DNA of 51,998 bases from Catajapyx aquilonaris (taxonomy: Eukaryota). Within the stretch, counting starts at the first letter, position 1, and each line of letters starts with the position of its first letter. Of this stretch, positions 1 through 11,340 are shown one piece after another. A program made the translations under genes and the position numbers. The stretch covers positions 1 through 51,998 of the forward strand of contig JYFJ02002744.1 in assembly GCA_000934665.2 (NCBI GenBank), in the 5' to 3' direction. Under the pieces are notes generated by a model. It had not been told where the DNA came from. It made no database searches and was given only the letters and a program-made list of their open reading frames with translations.

Positions 1-824
1 GTGGTGTGTTCAGTACCCTGCCGGTGTAGCATGAGAGTGCCTTTTTCAGTGCAACCTGCAAGGCTAAAAACCCGTTCATGCAGGTTCCACCCAATCCATT
101 TGCCTTGCATTTGCCACTCCACGCCAGGCACTTCGAACAGAAAGTAGGATGTGACGTGACGTCACGCCGTACGGCCGTAATAAATCAATTGATTACTGCC
201 GTATTTCTCATTGTTTTATAAAACCGACCCGGGTAGTCGCCACCTACGATTTTTCCCCACCCCCTAGCGCGCGCTTGACCCATGACTCTGAAACACCCTT
301 AACCTTTAATCTTGATACCAATAGTAGACTCTGACATCCCATTTTTAAAGTTGCTTATTGCTGATTAAAAGGGATATTGCATGCATCCAATAATTCATTC
401 ACCTTACATGCCAGTTAATATGCTAGCTGTAGTATGTATAAGCCTTTGGGATTTCAAAAGGGTAAATTTGCAATATTTTAACATCTGCATTATTTTTAGT
501 TTCAGCAATTTTAGCTTCCACTTTTAAAATAGGTACAGTTGGACACCCTGGTAGACATGCTGAGGCCTTCTAGGGGCTCTCATTTTCAAGACCTTTTCAA
601 GGCACATTTTGATTGTGGCTGGAAATGGGAGAAACCTGAGAAAACCCTCGTAAACATGGAGAGATTTCGAAAGTTTCTGCCTTCCTCCACTTTTCTAATG
701 CTCCAAAAATCTTGTTTAACAAAGGAAAATGTGCATCCTGCTTAATCTCAGCTTATTTGGTACAATATTCTGTGAGATTAATTCATTCAAAACAAGTTAC
801 AACAAAATGACCCTTTGGGAACAG

Positions 825-3800
825 GTACTGCCCTAAGTGTAAGAATGACACAGAGGAAATAGTGGCTCCTGGCACCAAGCTGAAGGAGAGCAAGCGTCGT
901 CAGAAGAAGGCCTCAGCTACTACAAAATCCAAGCGTGATTGGGGCCAAGGATTTGCTTGCGCTGGGCGTACAAAGACTTGCACCATTGTCCGTCTGCACC
1001 ACTTTGGCCCCATACCTGGGGTGGAGGTGGGCCAAAGCTGGAAATATCGTCTGCAAGCCTCAGAAGCTGGAGTTCACAGGCCACATGTTGCTGGCATGCA
1101 TGGGACAGAAAAGGATGGCGCATTCAGCATTGTTCTAGCAGGGGGATATGAAGATGATGATGATAAAGGTGGTGAATTTACATTCACTGGCTCTGGAGGG
1201 AGGGACTTGTCAGGAAACAAGAGGACTGCTGATCAGAGCTGTGATCAGAAACTTACCCGAACCAATAAGTAAGGCTCGTAAGAAATTTACATTGCTAGTG
1301 TAGTGTAACATGCCATTCCTAATTCTTTACAACTAGGGCTCTCGCACTGAACTGCAATGCTAAATTAAACAGTAAGGATGGAGCTGAAGCTAGGGATTGG
1401 AAAGGAGGCAAGCCTGTGCGTGTCATCCGCAGCGACAAGTTTAAGAAGCATTCCAAATATGCCCCTGCTGAAGGAAACAGGTGTGTGCCATAGTTACTTG
1501 CTTTCTAAAATTGATATTTGAGGCATAAGGGGCCCCAATTAACCCTAAGTAAATGGTCCCAAGAGGTATCCCCTGCACAGATCAGTGAAACTCAGGGATA
1601 ATACTGTATCCTATGTAATATACTTTTATAACAAAGGGTGGCTGTACTAGTTATGGCCACTCGAAGAGAATTTGTCACTTCAAAAAATTATACCTCTTCA
1701 TAAGCAATGAATAACAACAACAACAACAACAACAACAACAATAATAATGAATAGCCTAATATCGGTAATATTGATAAATGAAAGGGTTAAAGGTCTATTC
1801 TCATATCTGCGAATAGTCGAAAAATCGGGGCGAATTTGGCTTTTCACGCGCGTGCGAATCGCAAGGGGTGTTTTCATTTATTGTTGCCAACAATAAATGA
1901 AAACACCCCTTGCGATTCGCACGCGCGATTTTTCGATTATTCGCAGATATGAGAATAGACCTTAATTTCGAAATATTGTATCTCCCAAAAAATCAGCAAA
2001 GTAGGTATAGTGAAAGTAGGAAAGTGCTCACTGTACTCTACAATGCACTGTTTTGTTTTGTTTTTACTACTCACTTATGGTGAAAATTAAAAGTGTAAGG
2101 TACATTTGAAAGCATCTTCTATAGAGCTATAAAACCAAACGAACCGTCATCCTAGGTTCCACGGAATCTGAAATTTTAATTGTGTTGTCTTTTCGAAATA
2201 TTGACGAAAACTTACATTTTCAACTAAATATTAATAAATAAAGGTGACTGTCACATATCAACATATGGTCTTAAAAATCTGTTGCGTAATTGGATTTTTT
2301 TTGTTTTTTGTTTTCAATTTCCACCACTTTCCTCCCCATCACCGCTATTATGGGGAGAAATATGACGGAAATTGACGTTATATGAGGGATAAGTTTCTCT
2401 GGGGGCCCGGGAAATTGAGCGGTATATGTGGGAAAGCGTTAAAAGCAGTAAGCACTATAAGCGGGAAAATTTACCATTGGGCCTTATGGGGATGATCAAG
2501 GGACCAGAAAAAAGGGTGCTAAAGGTGGGATAGCGTTATATTGAGCTTTTACTGTATCTATAACAATAGAGTACTGGTATTGTACTGTGGTGCAATATAA
2601 TTCACAATTTGTGCACATTCAGGCAGCAACAAAAGCAATTATCAATAGAATAGGCTAGTTATAAGAATGCAGTAGCCTACTGTGTACAATAAAATGTTAC
2701 ATTTTTTTACTTGTAACATATTTATTAATGTTTATTATTTTCAAACTGCAGGTGAAGGACGACCCTTTCTTTTTAAAATCAGCTTTGAAATGTAATGCCA
2801 CTCTGGAAATATTTTTATATGGGCCTGAATTTGCCTCAATGAATATATATGTACTATATCGCTCAAAAAGATAGAGATGATTGGCTTGCACTTGAGTCAA
2901 ATGCAAAATCGTCTCTATCTTTTTGGGCGATATAGTACTTGTATTTTACACTATGTCTACTGTTTGGGGTACAGATACGATGGAATTTACAAGGTTGTAA
3001 AGTACTGGCCAGGACAAGGAAAGTCTGGGTTTTTGGTGTGGCGATACCTTCTGCGGAGGGACGATCCAAAGCCTGCTCCTTGGACCAAGGAAGGGAAGAA
3101 ACAGATTAAGGAGCTGGGTCTCGAAGTGATCGTGAGTTATTTTCCTTGCTTTCGTATAATTATTTTTGGCAAGTTTTTTGGGGGGGCCATAATAGCAATA
3201 ATAAAAAGTCACATTATTGAATAACTTAGAAGACTAAATACTGAATGGACCACTTCATTGCAGGCAAACGGAAGTAGCCTTAAAAACTATTCTTTCTCTT
3301 TGTGTCTAGTATCCTGATGGTTACCAGCAGGAGTCAAGTGCAAAGTCCTCAAAGGGAAAGGGAAAGGGCAAGAGGACCAGATCATCAACCCGGGCATCAG
3401 CTGTGGAGGCAAGCCCAAAAAAGGTCAAAGCACTGCCCTACAAACTGGAGGAGGACGAGGAGGTTATGACCCTGATTGAAAAGGATACTGCCAACACCAA
3501 GCTCTGGGATGGATGTCAGGAAGCAGCACATGAAGGCAAGAAGAAATTCTTGGATAAGGTGGAAGAAACTTTCACCTGCAAGATATGCTGGGAGGTGGTG
3601 TGCAAACCAGTCACCACAAAGTGCAAACACAACTTCTGTGAGGTTAGTGAAAGACATTTCCTATGTCACTGGTCACTTTTCATGTTTGACTTGACCTTGT
3701 CATTTGGACTGGCAACACCACACCTCTTATGCAACATTTTGTCTGTGAATTATTTTCAGAGTTGCCTGAAACGATCCTTCAAAGCAGGAGGATTCTCTTG

Positions 3801-3900
3801 CCCATTCTGTCGGGTTGAATTGGGGAAGAAATACAAGGTGAATGGAGCCCTCTCAGCAGCATTGCGGAAGTTATTTCCAGGATATGATGCTAGGCGTTAA
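825..3900 (+). CDS. UHRF1: E3 ubiquitin ligase UHRF1-like (end of PHD, SRA/YDG, RING); 5' exons lie outside the window
   Basis: Phase-consistent GT-AG exons at 825-1268, 1337-1480, 2975-3131, 3310-3642 and 3760-3900. They encode YCPKCKND (PHD end), the SRA motifs [26 protein letters not shown] and RYDGIYKV, and a C3HC4 RING (CKIC..CKH.FC.SC..CPFC). AATAAA at 4100-4105. Confidence 0.95.
1791..1962. mobile_element. PIF/Harbinger-type (Tourist-like) palindromic MITE in a UHRF1 intron
   Basis: TIR AGGTCTATTCTCATATCTGCGAATA / TATTCGCAGATATGAGAATAGACCT. TAA on both sides (1788-90, 1963-65). The interior is an almost perfect palindrome. Confidence 0.85.
2854..2935. mobile_element. 82-bp hairpin MITE (TA TSD in a GTAC context), copy 1
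   Basis: TIR CTATATCGC(T/C)CAAAAAGATAGAGA. TA at both flanks. An empty-site paralog lies at 4801-4910 and a second copy at 10524-10623. Confidence 0.85.
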
Positions 3901-4589
3901 TCCTACTCTTTCCAAGTTTTTTTTATTTGTTCGTTTACTTCATTTATACTATATTTATTCAGAAAAGATTGTGTGTCCTGCTAAGGACTGATCAGTATTT
4001 TAAAAAGCATTGTATAAATGGAATGAGATCTGATCACGTACTGCTGGCCAGATACATTTGGCTTGGATGGAAAATGATGTGCGGTGTTTTATGGCAATGA
4101 ATAAAAAATGTCCTGCATTGTGTTTTGATAGTATTCCTTGATCTCGTTGGACTGGTTGGCTTCTCTGAATTTGTTTGGGTCCCCCATTGGCAAGTGTGTG
4201 TGGAATATAATGGTAAGTAAATAAGTAAGTTCTATAACGTCACTAACACATTATTACAGATATTTTCAATGAAATAAATGGAAAAATGGACTTGAATTTA
4301 TATTAGACGTTTTGGGTGAAATTTTCGTCCCATTGCTAGTTACTGCTAACTTAGCAGTTTTTACCATTGTTGGCACTGGTACTGCTAAGTCAGCAGTAAC
4401 TAGCAGTAGGACGAAGATGCCACCCTTTGTCTCTCGTGGGACAGAAGTGAGCAAAATATATTGTATGCCCCTTGCCCATGCATAATATAGTACATACATC
4501 AGACTGGAAATAATAGCACTTACAGTAGGTGTTATTGAAACTGCTGCACTGCAATGGTGTTGGAATTTTCTGATCACTGATGACAATCT

Positions 4590-5240
4590 TATGGCTACTC
4601 AAGTTTATGCAATGTAATGCAATTGCCTCCACGATCTTCCTCTTGCTGTCAGCATGCCATGTGTCACATGCAAATATGTAGGCCGACAGGAATCTTGCCT
4701 GGTCATTCCAAGTTGTTCCAAGTCTTATCTCTCCAGAAGTCACTGTGAAAGTCTTTCACATCGTTTTCTGAAAATTTGCTCCATTCAAACCCTCTGATCT
4801 GAAATTGCCTCAATGAATATATATGTACTTGTATTTTACACTATGTTTACTGTTTGGGGTACAGATACGGCGGAATTTACAAGGCCAGAAGAAGGAAAGT
4901 CTGGGTTTTTTTACCCATGCTTGCAGGTGGGAACAAGTCCTAGGCCAGGATATTCATACCTGGGTGGTAAATGTAATACAGTGGTGCATCGTACTTCGAA
5001 CGCCCCTAACTTCAAACGTTCCAGAGTTCGAACGTTTACTTCACAAAAAATTTGATCTGGAGTTCGAACGATGCTTAGTTTGAACAATTCGCGCGATGAA
5101 AAAATCTTTCTGTTGCATTTTCCACACATTCGTTGAGTCACTGCTGACCCCAGATTCTGACCTCCTCTCCTCAATAATGACGTGATGCAGGATCTGAGGT
5201 ACTTCCTTCCCACGTCCAATTCTGTAGACTCGTCCAGTTA
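4590..5240 (-). mobile_element. Degenerate LINE (RTE-like) reverse transcriptase C-terminal fragments, interrupted
   Basis: Minus-strand peptides KYLRSCIT (resembles RT KYLGS.IT) and YIFACDTW...KRKIVEAIALHC (resembles RTE YACETW...RIEAFEMWC). A 50-bp direct repeat occurs at 4538-4587 and 5244-5293. Confidence 0.4.
4801..4910 (+). pseudogene. Duplicated UHRF1 intron-end plus SRA exon fragment (pseudo-exon)
   Basis: Near-identical to 2827-3034, but lacks the 82-bp MITE and has a ~14-nt deletion in the exon part (tacaagg^ccag). Confidence 0.85.
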
Positions 5241-6716
5241 TTTAAACTGCTGCACTGCAATGGTGTTGGAATTTTCTGATCACTGATGACAATTTTGCCT
5301 TACTCAATGATTTTTGTATTGTTTTATGTTATTGTAAGTTCCTTTTTTCTCAGAAATTAGTGGAGAAAATCAGATTTCAAATGAAATGAAAAATTTGATA
5401 CTTCACATACTTATATATTTAAAAACCTTCCATCGTTACTAGGTTTAGCTCCTTATTCAAGCAATGTGCTACAATGAAAAATTTCAATTCAATTAATGTG
5501 AAATGGTTTTTAAAATCCATGCATTCAAAAATGTACAGAAAATTCGACATCTGCAAGGTGTGATGAACATTGTTAAAATTCCGTTGTGGTTTTTTGTAAT
5601 TAATTAACCCAGATATGCCTGGAAAAGTTTTTGTTGAATTTTTTAACTTTTTTTGTTTCTATTAGGTCCCAAAACACGAAAATCGAGATACATTTTTCTG
5701 AATGCTTGTTTGTGAGAAAATGGCCGTTCCCTATAATAATGGGATTCTAGGAAAATTTCACCCAGTATGGCTATAACAGTTGTTGATTACATTACCATGG
5801 CCACAGTGACATTAAGCAAAAAGATTCATTGTTGTCGATTGCATTACCACAGAAACAGGCCGTGCAAAGAATGGGTTGTGATTGAGTAACAATCAACAAC
5901 AATCAAGGATTGTTGCACGGTTGCCATATTAAACCAATTACCATGTAATCTTGTTTTAATTGTATGGATTCATTAAAGTTCAACAAAGTGTACAAAATCC
6001 ACACACCATTTGCCTCTTGCGTTCCCCAGAAGGGACACCAGATTTCAACACTACTCTCAGACAAGGAAAGTAAACAATGCTAATCAACATTCGAGAATTA
6101 ATTACTAATCGTCTTCATAATGTGGAGGTGCAGCCATTATTTCCTCCGTTAAAATTCAAACACCTGTATCTTAAAAATCTGAAGCAATATTGAGCAGGTT
6201 TGAACTTGTATTGTTAGCTGGGACTCTCCTGAAGCACACTTGACTACTGCCACTGCCAGCTCTTTAGCAGCAGAAGAACCTGCGCAAAAAATTAAAATAC
6301 AACAACTGTGCATTAGGGACACTCGGCATATCTGGTTTAATGCTGCCGTCATCTTTGTGTGGTCGCTCAGGTTCATTATTAAAATTAATGTCCTGCTTAA
6401 GTAATATGCGATATCTTAGTGGAAGCAATTTTTACGAGACCCCACGGAAATTCATTGTCCAAGGTGTAATCATATTTACTTCAGTTCTTAACATTACTGT
6501 CATATCAACTTCAACTTTGGTGACCCCTTAACTCCAATGTTACGATTCATAATTATCCATTCTAAAGTCCAGATAATCTTAATAGAGATTTTTTATCGCA
6601 TTTTGTTTATTACCCCGCCACTCCATTATTGGGGGGGGGGGGGGTGGACGAACTACACTGAGGTTGGGCTAGTATATTGAATATATTTCACCTGATGTTT
6701 TATTGTATAATGACTT

Positions 6717-7357
6717 GAGGAGCTTGCCAGCAAATCCAGATAAATCCACAATTTGCAATTTTTCAGGAGGAGCCAATAAGTGATTTCTCAATTCTGGTGG
6801 CAAAAGTGAGATTGAAGTATGTTGTCATGTGCAGTATGCTACAGGGGTTGCCATTATGTAGACACAATATATTGTTTTACTTCAATGTATGGTGATTGTG
6901 GAGGTAGGGCATTGTTAAAAATGGATACATCTGATTTTGCATGAAAATCAGCTATATGTGAATTAAGACTTATCCGCTTTTGCTTGGAAACTAGATGTGC
7001 AGTATGCTATCGGGGTTGCCATTATGATTGCAGAAACAATTGTATATATCCATCTTTTAACAATGCCCCACCTCAACAATCACCATATATTGGTATGGCG
7101 ATTGTTGAGGCATGGCACCGCCAAAAATGGACATATCTGATTTTGCATTAAAATTATGGCATTAGCTTTATGTGCACTTGATTTATATGCCTTTGCTTGG
7201 AAACCACTTTCGGATATATCCGGGTCTGCTTGAAAGGGCAATTTTCCCACGGCTTGCATTCGGTCAATAGAAAGGCATTGGGTGGAGCATGTCTCCAGCG
7301 TATCCAGATTATTTTCGACCCGGAGTGGATTTATCTGGATTTGTTGGCAAGCTCCTC
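6717..7357. mobile_element. Non-autonomous Sola-like DNA transposon
   Basis: ~33-bp TIR GAGGAGCTTGCCA(G/A)CAAATCCAGATAAATCCAC with a 4-bp TSD ACTT (6713-16, 7358-61). A 5'-GRG end with a 4-bp TSD fits Sola2. Confidence 0.75.
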
Positions 7358-7748
7358 ACTTCTGAAAAACAAACATGGAACATGGTACCAATAATAATGG
7401 AAAGTAACCCGGACCTATGGCACGAAATCAGGGAAAAAACTACCTAAAAAATGTGGGGTCAAACGTCTCAAAAATCGAGGGTTAAATGCCAAAAATACGG
7501 GGTGTCAAAAATCGAGGGTCAAAACAATCGCACAATGCCAAATCACCGGAACACAACTCAACAACAAAGACACAAAAAGCGCAACAACCACCGACCAACC
7601 ACAGCCAAAAGAGTGAGGACAACTTGCACATTTTCATCAGACTGTCCGGCTCCAGTGTCCCATACCCCCTTTCTTTTTGTGTATCTATATGCTGATGATA
7701 CTAGTCTTGTCTGGCCTAACCCTTCCATTTTCCGTAAAAATTTCAGCA

Positions 7749-10190
7749 GCCTCTTCATCAGTGAGATTGATAGATGTTCATTGGTAATTTCAGGAACTTC
7801 TTTATATAGTAGAGCTGTGCCTGATCAAGTTTACAACCTCGGGTTAAATCGCATGCGTGCACACTGTATAGCACCAGCGGGAGTATTTTTGCGTCAAAAA
7901 TTTTCATTGCCACTGCAAGATTACGTGTATGTAATTTATGAAGTATACTCATTGATGCATTTGATATGTTCCCTTCGCTATGTTTATCAGTGTGTTTCGC
8001 AAGAATTTTGTTGACGAGGAGAATGTTACTTGAATGGGGGTATTATCCAGTGTTATAATTTCCCGTTTCGGTACCATTCCTCCCTTTCTAAATACCATCA
8101 TTTGAGTCTTTGTTAAATTAATTTTCATACCTTTGGCCTCGAAATAATTCATTAATATATTTGCTTGCTTCTGTAAGTACATATGCCGGTCAGATACCAA
8201 GAGAATGTTGTCTGCAAATTGCAAAAAGAGGGCCAAAATTTACTCCTGGTAGTCCGACACCTTGTAATTTTTCTTTTAGGTCACTTAGGAAGAGGTTGAA
8301 TAATATAGGTGAAAGCGGTTCACCTTGTACTTGCCCAACACCAGTGAAGTTCGCCTAGCACGAAAATCACCTGCATGTCGATATTACAAATACGAATTAC
8401 TTGAGAATGAATCATGTTTTAATCGCACAACTTATACAGTATGCTAATGAGCCTCATGGAAGAGCAATGTTGGGGCGAGATATCAATTCATTTGTCAGTG
8501 TATTTATTTAGCGCGCCAGGGGCAATGGAGTTCGCCCAGAGCGCTAAACGCGCCACAAAGTTCGCCTACAAGCAGGTGGCATTGCCATGGGCAGCAATGA
8601 CGGCCTCCACACAACACGACATGTGTTGAATTAGCTCTGGCACTCGGCTGGAGTGATGGTGTCCCAAACCTCCTGTAGTTTGGCCCTCAAGGGATGCCTT
8701 GGTGCAAAGATGATTCCTCTAAAGTACCTTCTTCATGATTTTCCAGTCTGTCTCAATCGGATTGAGGTCCAGGCTGCTCAATGGCCACGTAAAATGTCAA
8801 TCCCCTTGTCTGCCAGCCACTTGCTTCCGCTGTTTTGGTAATCCTGTTTAAATATTGCGTTAATATTCGGATGTAAGGTTGCTGTTGAGGGCGCACACAG
8901 TGGATGGTCTCTCAAAATCTCCTGAAACATGCTTGTATCGATGGTGCCATTGATGCTGGGAAAGTTTCCAAGGCCAACACTACCCATGCATCCCCACACC
9001 ATAATGCTGTGTGCATGTTTGACGGTTCTAGTGAGACATTGGGATGGTACGCCTCTTCTTTGTTTGCAGTACTCGATTATGGGTGTCCCTGTACTGACTA
9101 ATTCATCGTGTGCCCAATGCTTCCATGCTCCATTCCTTCTCCCAAGCAAGTCTTTAGAGGGCAGGTCCTGATTTCATGAATTCCCCGTTAGTCTTTGAGA
9201 AGTTGCACGTAAAAGTTCAACTTCATGTCATGGACCCAGAGTCGACAGGTTGTTGTGTGGACCACCTTTTGGGTCACATCTGACCATTTTGAAATTGATG
9301 GTCGCTGCTCCTTTCGCAGATATATTGCGACACATTTTTCTCATCTCTCGATTTTTCCTTACAGCTGTTGCCTGGTGAAGTCCATAATAAGGTTTTTCTG
9401 AATGATTCTTGTAGTTTTGTTACTTCATGCGATGCCCCTAGCCATTCTTGCCCTTCTTGAGCAACCACATAAGCAGACTTCCCTTCTTCAGAGCTCTTCC
9501 ATTTCACCTTGTGTACCTCCGGAGGAATGGGCTTACCATCTCCTGTAATTGTTATTTTCAGACACCAAGTGCAATGTGTAATGGCATTATTGTGCAGGGC
9601 AAAAGACCTGCACTTTTTTTTCTTCATCTGGCACAACCATTAAAGTCTGTATTTAACAGTGGGCGAACTTTGTGGTGCGTTTAGCGCTCTGGGCGAACTC
9701 CATTGCCCCTGGCGTGCTAAATAAATACTGTCCTATTCTTCTTGTTCCACTGACAAATGCATTGATATCTCGCCCCAACATTGCTCTTCCATCATATAAG
9801 TTGTGCGATTAAAACATGATTCATTCTCACGTAATTCGTATTTGTAACATCGACATGCAGGTGATTTTCGTGCTAGGCGAACTTCACTGGTGTTGGTATG
9901 CCTTGTTCGATCGGAATTGGATCCTTAATTTTGCCTACTTTCATCTTTGCTTTGGTATATAAATTTCGTAACAATTTTACAATATGTCCTCCCGGAAGGG
10001 TTTCCAGCATGCCGGTATAGGGCGAAGTATTCCGGTATAAGGCAAGGTTTTCACATAAGTTACATTATCCTTTCTGAACTTGACATTTGCATGAAAATCG
10101 AAATTCACGTAAACGCTATCGAAAAGGCATATTTTCGAAATAGGGTACCCGAACCATATATTGTTTTCAATTGCAGTGTTTGGCAATAAT
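7749..10190 (-). mobile_element. Degenerate LINE RT remnant (RTE-X-like), split by a Tc1 element
   Basis: Minus-strand RT motifs in order: FDSV (~10120), IPIEQGI | VQGEPLSPILFNLFLSD, LQFADNILL, INLTKTQMMVFRKGG, KIFDAKILP. Frameshifted. Confidence 0.85.
8335..9896 (-). mobile_element. Tc1-family DNA transposon with long IR/DR-type TIRs and a decayed transposase
   Basis: ~235-bp TIRs (8335-8566 / 9661-9896) with a repeated AGTTCGCC core. Minus-strand peptides TVKH..SIMVWGCM, IFKQD and WPLSSLDLNPIE (Tc1 WPSQSPDLNPIE). TA at 9897-98; left TSD unclear. Confidence 0.92.
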
Positions 10191-10523
10191 CTCTATTTAA
10201 ACAGTATGTTAGAGCAGGGGGTTCCCATGTCAAAGCAGGTGACGATGGGATTGGTCATACACACTACATTTTTTAAATGCACTGTGCAACAGAACTGACA
10301 TATTCTCACAGCCTGTACACTCGCCCATTTTCATTGTAACCTTATTTTAGTATGGTACCAGAAGCATTCCAAAAAATTTGGCAAGGATCAAAATTATGGA
10401 AATCTACCTCGGTTATTGCGGCATGCTGGTCGACCTCGTTTTATACCGGCATGCTGCTTTATGTGAGGTTGTACAGTATTATTAAACAGTAAAATAATAT
10501 CAAACCTGAATATAATGTATGTA

Positions 10524-10623
10524 CTATATCGCCCAAAAAGATAGAGACGATTTTGCATTTGACTCAAGTGCAACTTGCACTTGAATCAAATGCCAATCGT
10601 CTCTATCTTTTTGAGCGATATAG
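10524..10623. mobile_element. 100-bp near-perfect hairpin MITE, copy 2
   Basis: Same TIR as 2854-2935, flanked by gTA and TAc. Self-complementary across nearly its whole length. Confidence 0.85.
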
Positions 10624-11340
10624 TACAGGACGCATATGTAACCAGCAACTCAGCAGAAGGAGGAGCTCGTTGTCCAATGGCCTTTCCTTTATTCAGGGTT
10701 ACTAACTGTTCAGTACATGGCATGTGCCAATATCACTATGGGCTAGTTGTATGACTGAATATTAAAGAAGAAATATCAAATTTTATCAGATTACCTACTA
10801 TGAAAAATTGGCTGCGATAGGAAATTTCCACTAATTTTCTTTCATACAAGGCTTTAACCGCACGGAGACAGTGTTGTTACATTGACACACAGGTTGTCCT
10901 AAAAGGCACTTCAATCAGTTATTTTCCCAGTATGCAAAACATGCTGAAGTACTGCAGGATTGCTGGAACTACTCCTCAGATTTTCATTTTTTTCTTTGCT
11001 TCAGTTTTAGAGATGATTCAAGATGTTTTGTAATCCTACAAGCTTTACAAACTGTTCTAATCAGCTAAAACAGACTGTTCTCTTTAATGATTGCTTAGAA
11101 AATGGAAACATAAAAAATAATGAAAATGACATTGTAGCTTTGAATTCTCTGAGGCTTCTGCAGTATGCAAGGATGCATAACTTGCCAAAAACCAAATTTC
11201 CTGCGTGAAGCATGTTCAGTATTGTATGCCAAAAGCTTCAGCACTTAACTAGATATGCTATTACTGGTTGAAATGACTTTCACAACATCCAAAGTACTCG
11301 ACAGAAAGTCTTCCTGATTCCTTCATGCTTCATCCATGTC

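Noticed and set aside
7451..8014. 187-aa plus-strand ORF containing YLYADDT
   Set aside because: Mostly antisense to the LINE remnant. YADD lacks surrounding RT motifs in this frame and is probably chance.
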